From the NCBI GenBank assembly GCA_965261395.1, contig OZ253462.1, positions 2,752,001-2,816,000 on the forward strand: a stretch of DNA of 64,000 nt. The letters run 5' to 3'. Under the pieces are notes generated by a model. The model saw nothing but the letters and a program-made list of their open reading frames with translations, was not told the origin of the DNA and did no database searches. The stretch is from Candidatus Latescibacterota bacterium (GTDB taxonomy: Bacteria; Latescibacterota; UBA2968; UBA8231). Shown here in pieces: positions 19,525 to 29,463 of this stretch. The first letter of the stretch is position 1, and each line of letters opens with the position of its first letter. Both the position numbers and the translations under genes were made by a program.

Positions 19525-20616
19525 TTAGTTCTCGGTATCCTCGTCTTCCTCCGAGTCGGACTCTTCCTGCTCATCGTCCGCACCGGCCTGAAACAGTTTC
19601 TTGGCGGGCCAGTAAACCTGCGTCACGGCCGGATCAGGGAATTCCGCCTGCCTGATGGCCTCTTCGATGTCGATGGAAGGAGCGTCGACAGCTTCGTCGT
19701 GCCCGTAAATCCGTAGTTCGTGAAGCTCAAGATCACAATTGGTTCGATACCTGAACGGCGCTCGGAGGATACGTTCGATCTTCCACAACGCTAGAGACAG
19801 GAGGAATTTCTTCTGTGCGTCGTTCAGACCGCGATCCCCCCTTCCGAAAGAGCGCAGCAGTGCCATGTCGACGACGAATGTAGCAGCGATTTCGCCTGCC
19901 ACCTCTTCGTCGACCGCGAAGATCGGTTGTCCAGAAGTCGTCTTGCCGAGTTTGTCGAACTTGATTCCAGAGCTGCGGACTCGGGATGCGTCAAACGCCT
20001 CAAGATGCGCCGTCAGCATTCGGGGTAGCTTGATCCCTAGCGCGAGGAAAAGCACCCCGTGAACAAGCGAATTGGGGTCGTAGCGAAAGATTGTTGTAAA
20101 AACATCCCACCATTGCTCCGGAAGTGGATGAGACGATTTGCCGAGATCGGTGATCCCGAATTCCTGACGAAGCACATCTTCGAACTTCCGCTGACTTGCC
20201 TCACCGTTCTCTACCAGCAGGCCATTTAGAAAGTACGTCGAGGCCAAGCGATGCCCTTCCGAAAGCGTTGTCACGACAAGTCTCCTCGGCCCACACGTCG
20301 TGACTTCCGGCCACCCTTCATCGGTGCGGCACTCTACATACGGCATACCTGCAAGTTCATCCGCCAACTCGAGCGAATGTTCGCTTGCCAAACATATCGT
20401 CTCCAGGTGATTGGCCATGCTCGCCGCGCTGTCAACAATGCAGACTTTCTGCGTGCTGTCGTCGGAGCGTGGTGCATCGTAGATGACGTGACCGATCTCC
20501 GGGAAACCAGCCGGTTGAAATCGGTCAAGCCCGGATGTCGGCGTAAGGCTCGCCCGGAGCGTCAAGCGGGTCTCGCTTCCCTGAAGCAGTGCCGCAGGGT
20601 CAAGTGTATTGGACAT
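19525..20616 (-). CDS. csb1: Cas7 (Csb1), type I-G
   Basis: RFQPAGFP, IVDSAASMANHLE, HR, FRYDPNSLVHGV, RYRTNCDL; acidic tail. Confidence 0.9.
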   Translation of the reverse strand: MSNTLDPAALLQGSETRLTLRASLTPTSGLDRFQPAGFPEIGHVIYDAPRSDDSTQKVCIVDSAASMANHLETICLASEHSLELADELAGMPYVECRTDEGWPEVTTCGPRRLVVTTLSEGHRLASTYFLNGLLVENGEASQRKFEDVLRQEFGITDLGKSSHPLPEQWWDVFTTIFRYDPNSLVHGVLFLALGIKLPRMLTAHLEAFDASRVRSSGIKFDKLGKTTSGQPIFAVDEEVAGEIAATFVVDMALLRSFGRGDRGLNDAQKKFLLSLALWKIERILRAPFRYRTNCDLELHELRIYGHDEAVDAPSIDIEEAIRQAEFPDPAVTQVYWPAKKLFQAGADDEQEESDSEEDEDTEN

Positions 20617-20633
20617 GATAAGTCTCCTTATGC

Positions 20634-22727
20634 TTATGTTAGATCCGAAGATCGGGTTGGCGTCTGCCACCGCTGGAAGACCGAGATAACGTCCTCGGCG
20701 CGGGATGGAATGACCAAGGCCGCCAGCAGCCGCTCCGTGTCAGATACGGCTATTGATGTGTCGAAGTCGGCCAGGTTTACACCAGCGGAACGATATGCCG
20801 CTCGCGCCGCGTCCGCCGCGGTATTCAGGTCACCACGCCGAAGCAGCGCGATGATTCGGGCGAGATGCGTGCAACTCGCGCCCTTCTTGGAGCGAACGCC
20901 GTTTTCGCTGACAACTCGGCTAAACAACCTGTCACTCACCAAGGGGCGGAACAGTCCGTAAAGTGCCAGTGCGCCGTCAACAGTCGGGTTTTCGCGTTTC
21001 CCAAGGTCGCGCTGCAGCGGTCTCGCCGCCTCTCTGTTTTCCTTCCTGCTCCAGTCGAAAAGACAGAGGCGATCCAGCCAGAGGCGCATTCGACCTTCGT
21101 CCACTTCGCCGGACAACCAGGCATGCACGTCTTTCAGCCCCGCGGGCACTGTCGCGCCGAACGGCGGCGATGCACTTGCCTTTGCTTGGGATGCCTCCAC
21201 AACGCGCCGTTCGCCCGTCGCGCATAGGTTCGCTGCAAGCTCGGCATCGCTCCATACACGACGGGCCGGCACGGACTCGGGGAATTCCCAGAGTCCTCCC
21301 GCTTCGCAGACGCCGATGCGATACGCGATGAACTGCGGACACGCAGGCGTTCTTGTTAGGGAAGACATCGCCAGCGCTAGGCGGGCCTCACGATCAGGCG
21401 GGCTTTCCCCAAACAAGCTCGCCGCCCATTCGCCCGGCAACAATCGGAATCGAACGTCGTGGCTGCGAAACGCACTATTTCGGCCTACTCTGACGAGGAC
21501 TTCGAACATTTCGTCAACCAGCGCCCAGGCTTTTTCGACGCGTCCGGTGCCAGGTTCCGAGGCGGCCAAGTCCACAAGCGCCTGCTCGAGAGGGCCTCGC
21601 AGCCCGATGAACCTCCACCGCTGGCCGACCTTTCGATCCGGTGGTAGCGTATCGCGAAGCGCGATAACGGTCTGGGTCGCCCGTGTCGTCGCCCCGTCTT
21701 CGGCTTCCTTCGGCGTTGGTACTACGTTGGCCAACCGCGATTCAAACGTCTGGCTGCTGGTTGTATGAAGAAGCAGAAAGCGCCGAAATTCGGTAATGCC
21801 ACTATCGACGCCGCGCGCCAGGATCGCGACGGAGAACGCCGAGGACGTCGTGGCCCCCCTTCCTCTGACTTCCGACCGACCACGCATAAACAGCAATGAC
21901 AGTTCGGGTTTAGTCATTGGCCGGTTCCATAGCGGTAGCCAGACTTCAGCTTCTACGCCGCCCGCTTCGTCCGCGTTCTTGGGCGCCATTGCCGCCGTGA
22001 CGAACGGGAATGCCCCCTTCGGTTGCCTGCGGCTGCCTAGTTGACGGGATGTCTCTCCTGCAAAGAAGGTCAAACCTTCACAGGCCAACGCCATCGCCCA
22101 TGGCGTCACCTCCCCTTCGCGGAACGGTCCTTTCATTCCGGTGCCGTGGTTGTATATCTTGTTGGCAGCGCCGAACCATGATCCCGCTTGGAAGGGTTTA
22201 AGATACGTGCATGGGCCGCCTCCGATAAAGGCTTTGAGATCTCTGTTGAGGGTTTCCCGGTTCTGTCTTCGGGGCGGATTTCTAATCACTTGCACGGCGG
22301 TTTTCCAGCCCTTTGCGAAGTCACGTTTCCCAGCGTTTCCTCCGGTGCCGAGCAAAGGATTCATCCTGACACGTCCGTCAAGCGCCAAGTGCGCTCCGAA
22401 CAAAGGCAGCAATTTTTCATCCGCTTCCGAGGCGCGCCAACGGGCCGTGCGCATGGATGTCTTCGCCTTCACATCATTCTTCTTGTCCTGATCCCATGGT
22501 TTTTGGTACTCAGTCCAATCGCTCTCTTCTCCAACCTCGCCCACAAAATTGACGACATCTTCCAGGGCGGTTGGTCCACCAACGAGACAGAATCGCCCGT
22601 TACGCCAAGAAGCCCGAACGCCCGGCCACTTCCTTGCCGCGAGCGAGAACAACCCCAACGATGCGAGGTAGGTTCCGAGCGAATCCGCGCTCAGGCCGAT
22701 GAACGTCACGACAGGCAGCCCGTTCAT
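20634..22727 (-). CDS. csx17: Cas8g (Csx17) large subunit
   Basis: LGTYLASLGL, NPLLGTGGNAG, TPW..ALACEG, PF...EVWLPLW, RGVDSGITEF.R. Confidence 0.9.
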   Translation of the reverse strand: MNGLPVVTFIGLSADSLGTYLASLGLFSLAARKWPGVRASWRNGRFCLVGGPTALEDVVNFVGEVGEESDWTEYQKPWDQDKKNDVKAKTSMRTARWRASEADEKLLPLFGAHLALDGRVRMNPLLGTGGNAGKRDFAKGWKTAVQVIRNPPRRQNRETLNRDLKAFIGGGPCTYLKPFQAGSWFGAANKIYNHGTGMKGPFREGEVTPWAMALACEGLTFFAGETSRQLGSRRQPKGAFPFVTAAMAPKNADEAGGVEAEVWLPLWNRPMTKPELSLLFMRGRSEVRGRGATTSSAFSVAILARGVDSGITEFRRFLLLHTTSSQTFESRLANVVPTPKEAEDGATTRATQTVIALRDTLPPDRKVGQRWRFIGLRGPLEQALVDLAASEPGTGRVEKAWALVDEMFEVLVRVGRNSAFRSHDVRFRLLPGEWAASLFGESPPDREARLALAMSSLTRTPACPQFIAYRIGVCEAGGLWEFPESVPARRVWSDAELAANLCATGERRVVEASQAKASASPPFGATVPAGLKDVHAWLSGEVDEGRMRLWLDRLCLFDWSRKENREAARPLQRDLGKRENPTVDGALALYGLFRPLVSDRLFSRVVSENGVRSKKGASCTHLARIIALLRRGDLNTAADAARAAYRSAGVNLADFDTSIAVSDTERLLAALVIPSRAEDVISVFQRWQTPTRSSDLT

Positions 22728-25546
22728 GAGTCTACATCCTTCTTGGTGTTAGGGTCTTTACTGGCCTGTTCGTCGGCGCACCGAACCAAGGCCTCAAGGT
22801 ATGCCAACCCAAAAGGCCCGATATTTCGCGGTTCACTGTCGGGAACGGCACTGCTGATAGCCTGTGGGGCACCGTCTTCCCACCCGCCAAGCAGATCGGT
22901 GACAAGCCCTGTCCAGCCCGGTGCTTCAAAGATGAACTCCGAGCCGTCTTCGGAGAAGTGACCTGACGCTCCATCAACAGCGCACTCGAAATCCAGCGGC
23001 ATATCGTTCCACGGCAACGGATTTGTGGTTTTTTCTATGCCGCATACGTCCTGACTCGCTGGTGTTCGAGCCGTAAGGACCGTACGCACTTTCCCGTGGT
23101 GCGCCGCTGCGAGATAGATCGATAGTGCGGTGAAATCCCTATTCCGTTGCCGATAGTAGCTGTGCCAGAGCGCCAGTGCTGTCGCTGCTTCATGACGGAG
23201 CCCCGGACGAAATGGAACGTTCCACGCACGGAGGATCCCTTGCGTCGCTCGGATTTGTTCGATGTTATTGCGAGAGACCTTTGAATCTGCGTGCCATTCA
23301 TACCTCGTTTCGCCCCGTACACTCTCTTTAGCCCACAACTCAGCCCGGCGAATACGTACGCCGTTCCGCTGTAGGATGGTCTCAGTCGCTTCCGCTGCAT
23401 CGGCTACTTTTGCGATGACTGCGAACTGGTACGGTGCTTTCGCCCACACCTCACCGCTTTGAGGGGGTGGCTTAGGTAACTCCCCCTGCCATTGGGACAG
23501 CGCCTTGCCAATGTCGTGCTCTGCCGAGGCGTGAATGACCGCCGCGCCGATGTTCTTGTTCAGTTCGATTGCCTCGACAATACGCGTCGCCTCGTCCTTG
23601 GCATCCCGAAGATGGTCCCCCAGCTTGACCCAAAACCCGCTCTCGCTGAATCGGTCATCCTCGAATCGCTCGTGCGGTCCACCGGGCGGCGGCACATTAT
23701 GCAGCTTGTCGCTCTTGCACCCTGTCCATCCCATTTCGTCGGAGTATCCACCGTCAGGTCGACGAAGCATCACCAACATGCCGGGGCAAATGTCCAAAGC
23801 ACGGGTGGCCTGCCATGCTTCAGCTTTGTCATCCCAAACCCAAGCTCTTCCCGACGTATCCAGAAACTCTCGAAGTCTGCCGAGGGCTACCGGGCAGCCC
23901 TCGGCGCGACAAAACGCCGGTCCGATCATTTCTGCCGAACGTCGTAGCTGAGCCTCCGAACTCCACTCGCGCCAGAAGACGGTCACATCAGGATTCTCGT
24001 CCTGGCTTCGGACAAACGGACTCACGTCGGTGAAGCCGCCGAAGACGTCCGGCTCCGTCGAGAACAGTCCATGTACGTCGATGGCGCGCGGAAAGGGCTC
24101 GGGTGTCGGAGTAAGTGCCTGCTTCAACTTGTCCGCGTTTTCGTTCTGTGCCCTAAGCGTTTCCAAAGCCTCTCTCGCGGACAACTCTTCGTCGCTTCGG
24201 TACAATATGGCCAACTCACGGAGCAGTTGCGTACCGAGGTTGACCGCTTCGGCCTCATAAGGTCCGATCAACCGCGCCCCTCTTTTCGGTTTCTCCGATC
24301 CCTCCCAAAAATACGCACGCGCATCTCCGTTTAGTCGGCCATCCCGGTTCAGCCTTCCGAGGCGTTGGATGATCGATGGCCAAGGAGCGACCTCGGACCA
24401 CAGCCGCCGGGCCGACACATCCACACCTGCCTCTATGACTTGTGTGGAGACGCATATCAGCCCCGGTACAGTGACCGAGCTATCACTCCCCGCACGTTTG
24501 CGCACCGCTTCAAAGTTAAGGAGCTTGAGTTGGTTCCTTTCGCGGTCCTTGGGGCGAAAGCGAGACGTTAGCAGGACGACTTCATCGTCTCCTTTGTACG
24601 TACTTTTGACCGCAGCGTATATTTTTTGCGCTTCCGCGACGGTGTTGCAGACGACGAGGCTTAGACTCGCTGCACGGTGTTCATCAACCACGGCGTTAGC
24701 TAGTGCTTGCGCGAATGCCGCTTGACGATCGTCGGCGGATGCCTGCTTGCGTTTCATTCTTGTCGGCGGTGCCTTCCATATCTCGCACGGACGGCGAGCT
24801 TGAAGGATCGCGTGTATCTGGTCGTGGGTGCTCAATCGTAGCGGTGTTGGTTTTGGTAACTTTGCGTTTTTGCGATCCCGCGTATCAAGAAACTCTGGGC
24901 GAATCGTTGCGCTCATCCACCATGTCGCGCAAGGCTTCAAGCTCTTGAACCGGTCGCTTCTCATCCAGTCCAGTTGAGCAGATGTCCAGAGTCCCGGCCC
25001 CATCAACTGCACCTCGTCCATGACCCACAGGCAGTCGTTGTTCAATAGCCCGAAGTGCATCGGCCAGCGATAGCGGCTCATTCCGTAGCCTCGGTTGAGG
25101 GCACGGGAAAGAAGCATGTCTTGAGTGCCCACAAGTACGGCATCGCGTTCCGGGTGGATGTCCCAGTCAGCAGCGTCTTCGCCTCCCATGAGTACATGAA
25201 CGCCGACTCTACCCGCGAGGTCGAGATTTTCCAGCCACCCGTTGACGCTCTGTTGCGTCTGTTCGACTAGTGTGCGCATAGGTAGGCAGTAGACGAGGCG
25301 ACGTGGCCAATCGTCTCGCTGTTTGAACACCCGGTTCCAGAGCCATGCTAGCACGACTGCGCCGGTCTTTCCAAACCCCGTTGGGATGTCAATAAGCATG
25401 GATTCGCATTCACTGCTGCCGCTTAGCCACTCGTCTTCGCTACACTTAAAGCGTTCGCCGCATGCGAGACGCACTTGGTATTCGTGGCGTCGGAACCCTG
25501 TAGCCGCCGCAAAAAAACAATCAAATCTTGTTATTGGTCGATTCAC
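22724..25546 (-). CDS. cas3: Cas3 helicase-nuclease with C-terminal HD domain (type I-G)
   Basis: PTGFGKT, RRLVYCLPMRTLVEQ, GTQDMLLSRALNRGY, MDEVQL, STQVIEAGVD, QRLGRLNR; C-terminal H...HDIGK...RHE...HHG. Confidence 0.96.
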   Translation of the reverse strand: MNRPITRFDCFFAAATGFRRHEYQVRLACGERFKCSEDEWLSGSSECESMLIDIPTGFGKTGAVVLAWLWNRVFKQRDDWPRRLVYCLPMRTLVEQTQQSVNGWLENLDLAGRVGVHVLMGGEDAADWDIHPERDAVLVGTQDMLLSRALNRGYGMSRYRWPMHFGLLNNDCLWVMDEVQLMGPGLWTSAQLDWMRSDRFKSLKPCATWWMSATIRPEFLDTRDRKNAKLPKPTPLRLSTHDQIHAILQARRPCEIWKAPPTRMKRKQASADDRQAAFAQALANAVVDEHRAASLSLVVCNTVAEAQKIYAAVKSTYKGDDEVVLLTSRFRPKDRERNQLKLLNFEAVRKRAGSDSSVTVPGLICVSTQVIEAGVDVSARRLWSEVAPWPSIIQRLGRLNRDGRLNGDARAYFWEGSEKPKRGARLIGPYEAEAVNLGTQLLRELAILYRSDEELSAREALETLRAQNENADKLKQALTPTPEPFPRAIDVHGLFSTEPDVFGGFTDVSPFVRSQDENPDVTVFWREWSSEAQLRRSAEMIGPAFCRAEGCPVALGRLREFLDTSGRAWVWDDKAEAWQATRALDICPGMLVMLRRPDGGYSDEMGWTGCKSDKLHNVPPPGGPHERFEDDRFSESGFWVKLGDHLRDAKDEATRIVEAIELNKNIGAAVIHASAEHDIGKALSQWQGELPKPPPQSGEVWAKAPYQFAVIAKVADAAEATETILQRNGVRIRRAELWAKESVRGETRYEWHADSKVSRNNIEQIRATQGILRAWNVPFRPGLRHEAATALALWHSYYRQRNRDFTALSIYLAAAHHGKVRTVLTARTPASQDVCGIEKTTNPLPWNDMPLDFECAVDGASGHFSEDGSEFIFEAPGWTGLVTDLLGGWEDGAPQAISSAVPDSEPRNIGPFGLAYLEALVRCADEQASKDPNTKKDVDS

Positions 25547-25570
25547 CTGATGCCTCGATTTCTGATGATG

Positions 25571-25795
25571 TCAGTACTCAACAGTAAAATCGTCATTGAC
25601 TGTTTTCCCCGCGAGGACTTCGCCCACGACTTGAGCAATCTCCCGTTTGCTTTTTCTCAGCAACTCAATTTCTTCCGGCGTCAGCATTCGGCAAGCGGGC
25701 GAGGTGCCTATTAGCTGCTTGAGTTTGACCGCCGAAGGGATAGTTCGAGTGTTCTCACTCTCTGAAGGCTGCTCTGTATCGTTGCCCTTAGCCAT
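25571..25795 (-). CDS. Small hypothetical protein upstream of cas3
   Basis: 74-aa ORF whose start overlaps the glyoxalase stop; helical RMLTPEEIELLRKSKREIA. Confidence 0.45.
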   Translation of the reverse strand: MAKGNDTEQPSESENTRTIPSAVKLKQLIGTSPACRMLTPEEIELLRKSKREIAQVVGEVLAGKTVNDDFTVEY

Positions 25796-26303
25796 CTTCT
25801 TTCGTCTCATCGCCCCCTTCCTCCTCCTCACCGCCCTCTCCCTTGCTAGGAGGCCCGCCAATCCGCAGAACATGCCCATCCAAGTCCTCAACTAGCATTT
25901 CCCGCGCCCCCCAAGGCTCATCAACAGGCACCTTCTTTATGTTCGCCCCCGCCGCCGCGTACTCCTCGTGCAGCTTGTCAACATCGCCGACGTTGTAGTA
26001 GATCCACACAGGCCGGGCACCCTGCGAATTCTCGGCGAGAAAGACGTGTACTTCGCCATTGGATAGGGAGGCAAAGGTTTTGTCCTCCTCCTCGGCTGGC
26101 CAGTCCCAATCCTTGTTGAAACCGAGAACCGAAGTGTAGTGCTCGAGGCTCGCCTCGACGCTTGCGACGTTCAGAATCGGCGTCATTGCGGTGAACGCCG
26201 TGGGTGCGGAAGCCTTGTCGTGGTCCTCGTGGGCGACGGCGATTGAGCTAATGCCGATGGCGATTCCTGCAACTACTGCTGCGGCAATTCTGCGACCTCT
26301 CAT
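25788..26303 (-). CDS. VOC/glyoxalase-bleomycin resistance family protein with signal peptide
   Basis: PILNVASVEASLEHY..VLGF, DVDKLHEE, PVDEPWGAREMLVEDLDGHVLRIG. Confidence 0.88.
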   Translation of the reverse strand: MRGRRIAAAVVAGIAIGISSIAVAHEDHDKASAPTAFTAMTPILNVASVEASLEHYTSVLGFNKDWDWPAEEEDKTFASLSNGEVHVFLAENSQGARPVWIYYNVGDVDKLHEEYAAAGANIKKVPVDEPWGAREMLVEDLDGHVLRIGGPPSKGEGGEEEEGGDETKEDG

Positions 26304-26345
26304 ATTTTCCTCCCGTGGATGAGTTTAAGTCGATAGAATTCGATT

Positions 26346-26388
26346 GTACCGGGTGCGTTGAACCCGGTCAATTTTGACAGCCGCCCCC
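26346..26388 (+). repeat. 43-bp direct repeat, copy 1
   Basis: GTACCGGGTGCGTTGAACCCGGTCAATTTTGACAGCCGCCCCC; 3 mismatches to 27997-28039. Confidence 0.9.
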
Positions 26389-26393
26389 GACGC

Positions 26394-27941
26394 TCACGCC
26401 CGCTCCACCGCAAACGCCGCCACATTGCGTGTATCCTTACTAAATTCCACGCCAATCAGGTATATCGGCTGCCCCAAAGCGCGATACTTATCCGCGTAGC
26501 ACCGCTCCTGCAACTGCGCCATCGCCGCGCCACTGGACGCCAACTCGACCACCTTGAATTCAAATAGATAGATATTGCCGTTGAACAGAACCGCCATGTC
26601 CAATCGTCCGTGGCTACTGCTGTCCTCTACCTTGATGTCCAGCCCTAGCCCGGCGAAATAGGAGTAGAACACGCTGGCGTAATAGCCTTCGTACCGGGCG
26701 ATGTCGTTGTTGGTGTACCACTCATAGGGAATGCTGGCGAAAAAGGCGTGGAATAGCGTCTCCAGCCCGGCGAAGTCGTTGGCCTCCAATAGCCGGTAGA
26801 GTCGGACGCTATTGGCCATCTGCCGCGTGGCATCCTGCACCAAGTAGCGCAGCAGGCTGCGGTTCAGGCTCTGCCGTACCTCGCGGTTGGGATAGCCTAG
26901 CCGATAGACGGGCTCACCGCCGAGGTCTTCCTCGTCTTGGATGGTGAGGTAGCCGGTCTGGAACAGCAGGGCCTCGGTCGCTATGTCGTCCACGTCGAAG
27001 GTGGACAACAGGGCGCTGCCGCCCTCCATGCTGCCCAACTCCAAGGAACTGACGTGGCGCTTGCACAGGGTTTCGATTAAGAACGTCGGCGTGCCGGTCT
27101 CAAACCAATAGGCACCGAACTTGCGGCTGTCGAACAGCAGCAGAATGTCGAAGGGGTTGTACACCTTCTCGTCGCCGAGCCAACTGTAGCCGTTGTACCA
27201 GTCGCGGATCTGATCCCGGTCCAAGCCTGGTAGTTCCGGTGCGAATACCGTGGCGAGGTCTGCCTCGGTGTAGCCACAAATAGCGGAGTAGCGCGGATCA
27301 ATGGTGATGTCCTTGAGGTTGTTGAGTCCCGAAAACAAGCTAACCTTGGAAAACTTGCTCACCCCCGTAATGAAGGCGAAGCGGATGTGTGCATCGCTGG
27401 ATTTGATCATCGCGTACAGGTCGCGCAGAAAGTCGCGGTTAGACCGCGCGATGTCCGGCACCTCCAGCGCATCCAAAATCGGCTTGTCATACTCATCTAC
27501 CAGCACGACAACGCGCTGCCCAGCCTGCCGACTCAGCGCCCCAAGCAGATGGCGAAAGCACGCCGAGGCGCTCTCGTAACGGGTCGTAACCCCGGCCTCT
27601 TCTGCCAAATCTTGTAGTTGCGCCATCGCGTCTTCGTGCAGACCGCCCCGCTCGTAGTAACTGCCGCCGCTGAAGTCCAGCCGCACAACCGGATACCGCC
27701 GTGACCAATCCCAGTGGTCGTGGATGTCCAACCCCTCAAACAGCGGCTCGTTGCCCTCGAACACCTCCTTGAGCGTGTCCAACAACAGGCTTTTGCCAAA
27801 GCGGCGCGGACGCGACAGAAAGTAGTGCTTGCCCTCGTCGAGCAGCCGGCAGATGTAGCCGGTCTTATCGACGTAGTAGCAGTCTTCCTCGCGGATCTCG
27901 CGGAAGGTTTGAATGCCGATGGGCAGTCTGCGTTTGGTCAT
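26394..27941 (-). CDS. AAA-ATPase-like + PD-(D/E)XK nuclease (PDDEXK_9) protein
   Basis: LPIGIQTF, YYVDKT, LSRPRRFGKSL, LVDEYDKP, WYNGY, YWFETGT, PNREV; C-terminal GRLDM...FEFK. Confidence 0.95.
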   Translation of the reverse strand: MTKRRLPIGIQTFREIREEDCYYVDKTGYICRLLDEGKHYFLSRPRRFGKSLLLDTLKEVFEGNEPLFEGLDIHDHWDWSRRYPVVRLDFSGGSYYERGGLHEDAMAQLQDLAEEAGVTTRYESASACFRHLLGALSRQAGQRVVVLVDEYDKPILDALEVPDIARSNRDFLRDLYAMIKSSDAHIRFAFITGVSKFSKVSLFSGLNNLKDITIDPRYSAICGYTEADLATVFAPELPGLDRDQIRDWYNGYSWLGDEKVYNPFDILLLFDSRKFGAYWFETGTPTFLIETLCKRHVSSLELGSMEGGSALLSTFDVDDIATEALLFQTGYLTIQDEEDLGGEPVYRLGYPNREVRQSLNRSLLRYLVQDATRQMANSVRLYRLLEANDFAGLETLFHAFFASIPYEWYTNNDIARYEGYYASVFYSYFAGLGLDIKVEDSSSHGRLDMAVLFNGNIYLFEFKVVELASSGAAMAQLQERCYADKYRALGQPIYLIGVEFSKDTRNVAAFAVERA

Positions 27942-27996
27942 GGCGTACGTTACTCCAGACAGAGGATCCGACTTCTATTCCTTCAGACCGGCCAAA

Positions 27997-28039
27997 GTAC
28001 CGAGTGCGTCGAACCCGGTCAATGTTGACAGCCGCCCCC
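27997..28039 (+). repeat. 43-bp direct repeat, copy 2 (contains TTGACA)
   Basis: GTACCGAGTGCGTCGAACCCGGTCAATGTTGACAGCCGCCCCC. Confidence 0.9.
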
Positions 28040-28086
28040 CAGTGCGAAGATATTGGGGCTGTTCATTCCAACGCAGGAGACGCGCA

Positions 28087-29433
28087 GTGCCCAACAAACC
28101 GCCGAATGTCGTTCTCGTCTTCGCCGACCAATGGCGTGCCCAAGCCTGCGGATACGCCGGCGACCCCAACGTGCAAACCCCCAACCTGGACTCACTAGCG
28201 AGCCGCAGCGTCAACTGCACCCACGCGGTGTCTGGCTGCTCGGTGTGCTCACCGGCGCGAGCCTCGATCCTGACTGGTCAATACCCCCTCACACACGGCG
28301 TCTTCGTCAATGACGTAGAGCTGGGCCAAGACGCCACGAGCCTCGCGCAGGCTTTCAGCGCGGGCGGCTACGACACGGCCTATACCGGCAAATGGCACGT
28401 CAATGGCCGCGGCCGCTCCCGCTATATCCCGCCCGAGCGACGACAGGGCTTCGAGTACTGGAAGGTGCTCGAATGCACCCACGACTACAACCATTCCGCG
28501 TACTATGCCGGCGACTCGGACGAGCAGCTCATGTGGGAGGGCTACGACGCCTTGGCCCAGACCCGCGACGCCCAAGCGTACCTGCGCAACCGAGGCGACA
28601 ACAACCCCTTTTTGCTGGTCCTGTCATGGGGGCCGCCGCACGCCCCCTATCACACGGCCCCGGAAGCATACCAAGCTCTGTACGATCCAGGAGAGATCGT
28701 CCTGCACCCCAACGTACCACCCGACTGGGCCGAGCGCGCGCGGCAGTGGCTCGCTGGGTACTACGCCCATTGCACGGCCTTGGACGACTGCGTCGCCATG
28801 TTATTCCAGACCTTACAAGAGGAGGGATTGGAGCAAGAGACGGTCTTTCTGTTCTTCTCGGATCACGGCGACATGCTCGGCTCGCAGGGCATGGACAAAA
28901 AGCAAAAGCCCTATGAAGAGTCTATCCGCGTGCCGTTCCTGCTGCGCTATCCAGGAATGGGTGCCGACGGTCGCCAGCTCGATGCGCTGATTGACCTGCC
29001 GGACATCATGCCGACCCTGTTGGGCCTGTGCGGCCTACCGATTCCTTCCACTGTGGAGGGAATCGACTTTTCCGAGTACCTACAAGGCGGTTCAGACCCT
29101 TCGGACGGCACCGCGCTCTTGCAGTGCCCCCATCCCTTTGGGCAGTGGTGGCCCGGCGTCGGCGGTCGGTCCTACCGGGGCCTACGCTCCCGCCGCCACA
29201 CGTACGTGCGCGCCCTAGAGGGGCCGTGGCTGCTCTACGACAACGAGGCCGATCCTTTCCAACAGGATAACCTCGTCGGACAGCCCGGCCAACAGGACTT
29301 GCTCGACGAATTAGACGCGACCCTAACGCGCCGCCTCGCCGCCGCCGACGACCCCTTCCTCCCCGGCCCAGCCTATCTCGAACGCTGGGGGTACCAAGTA
29401 GATGCACGAGGCACTGTTCCCTACACTGGATGA
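28087..29433 (+). CDS. Sulfatase
   Basis: PNVVLVFADQWR, CSPARASILTG, GKWH, SDHGD; GTG start after AGGAGA. Confidence 0.93.
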   Translation: MPNKPPNVVLVFADQWRAQACGYAGDPNVQTPNLDSLASRSVNCTHAVSGCSVCSPARASILTGQYPLTHGVFVNDVELGQDATSLAQAFSAGGYDTAYTGKWHVNGRGRSRYIPPERRQGFEYWKVLECTHDYNHSAYYAGDSDEQLMWEGYDALAQTRDAQAYLRNRGDNNPFLLVLSWGPPHAPYHTAPEAYQALYDPGEIVLHPNVPPDWAERARQWLAGYYAHCTALDDCVAMLFQTLQEEGLEQETVFLFFSDHGDMLGSQGMDKKQKPYEESIRVPFLLRYPGMGADGRQLDALIDLPDIMPTLLGLCGLPIPSTVEGIDFSEYLQGGSDPSDGTALLQCPHPFGQWWPGVGGRSYRGLRSRRHTYVRALEGPWLLYDNEADPFQQDNLVGQPGQQDLLDELDATLTRRLAAADDPFLPGPAYLERWGYQVDARGTVPYTG

Positions 29434-29463
29434 GAAGTGAATCCCCAAACAAAGGAGCACGAC

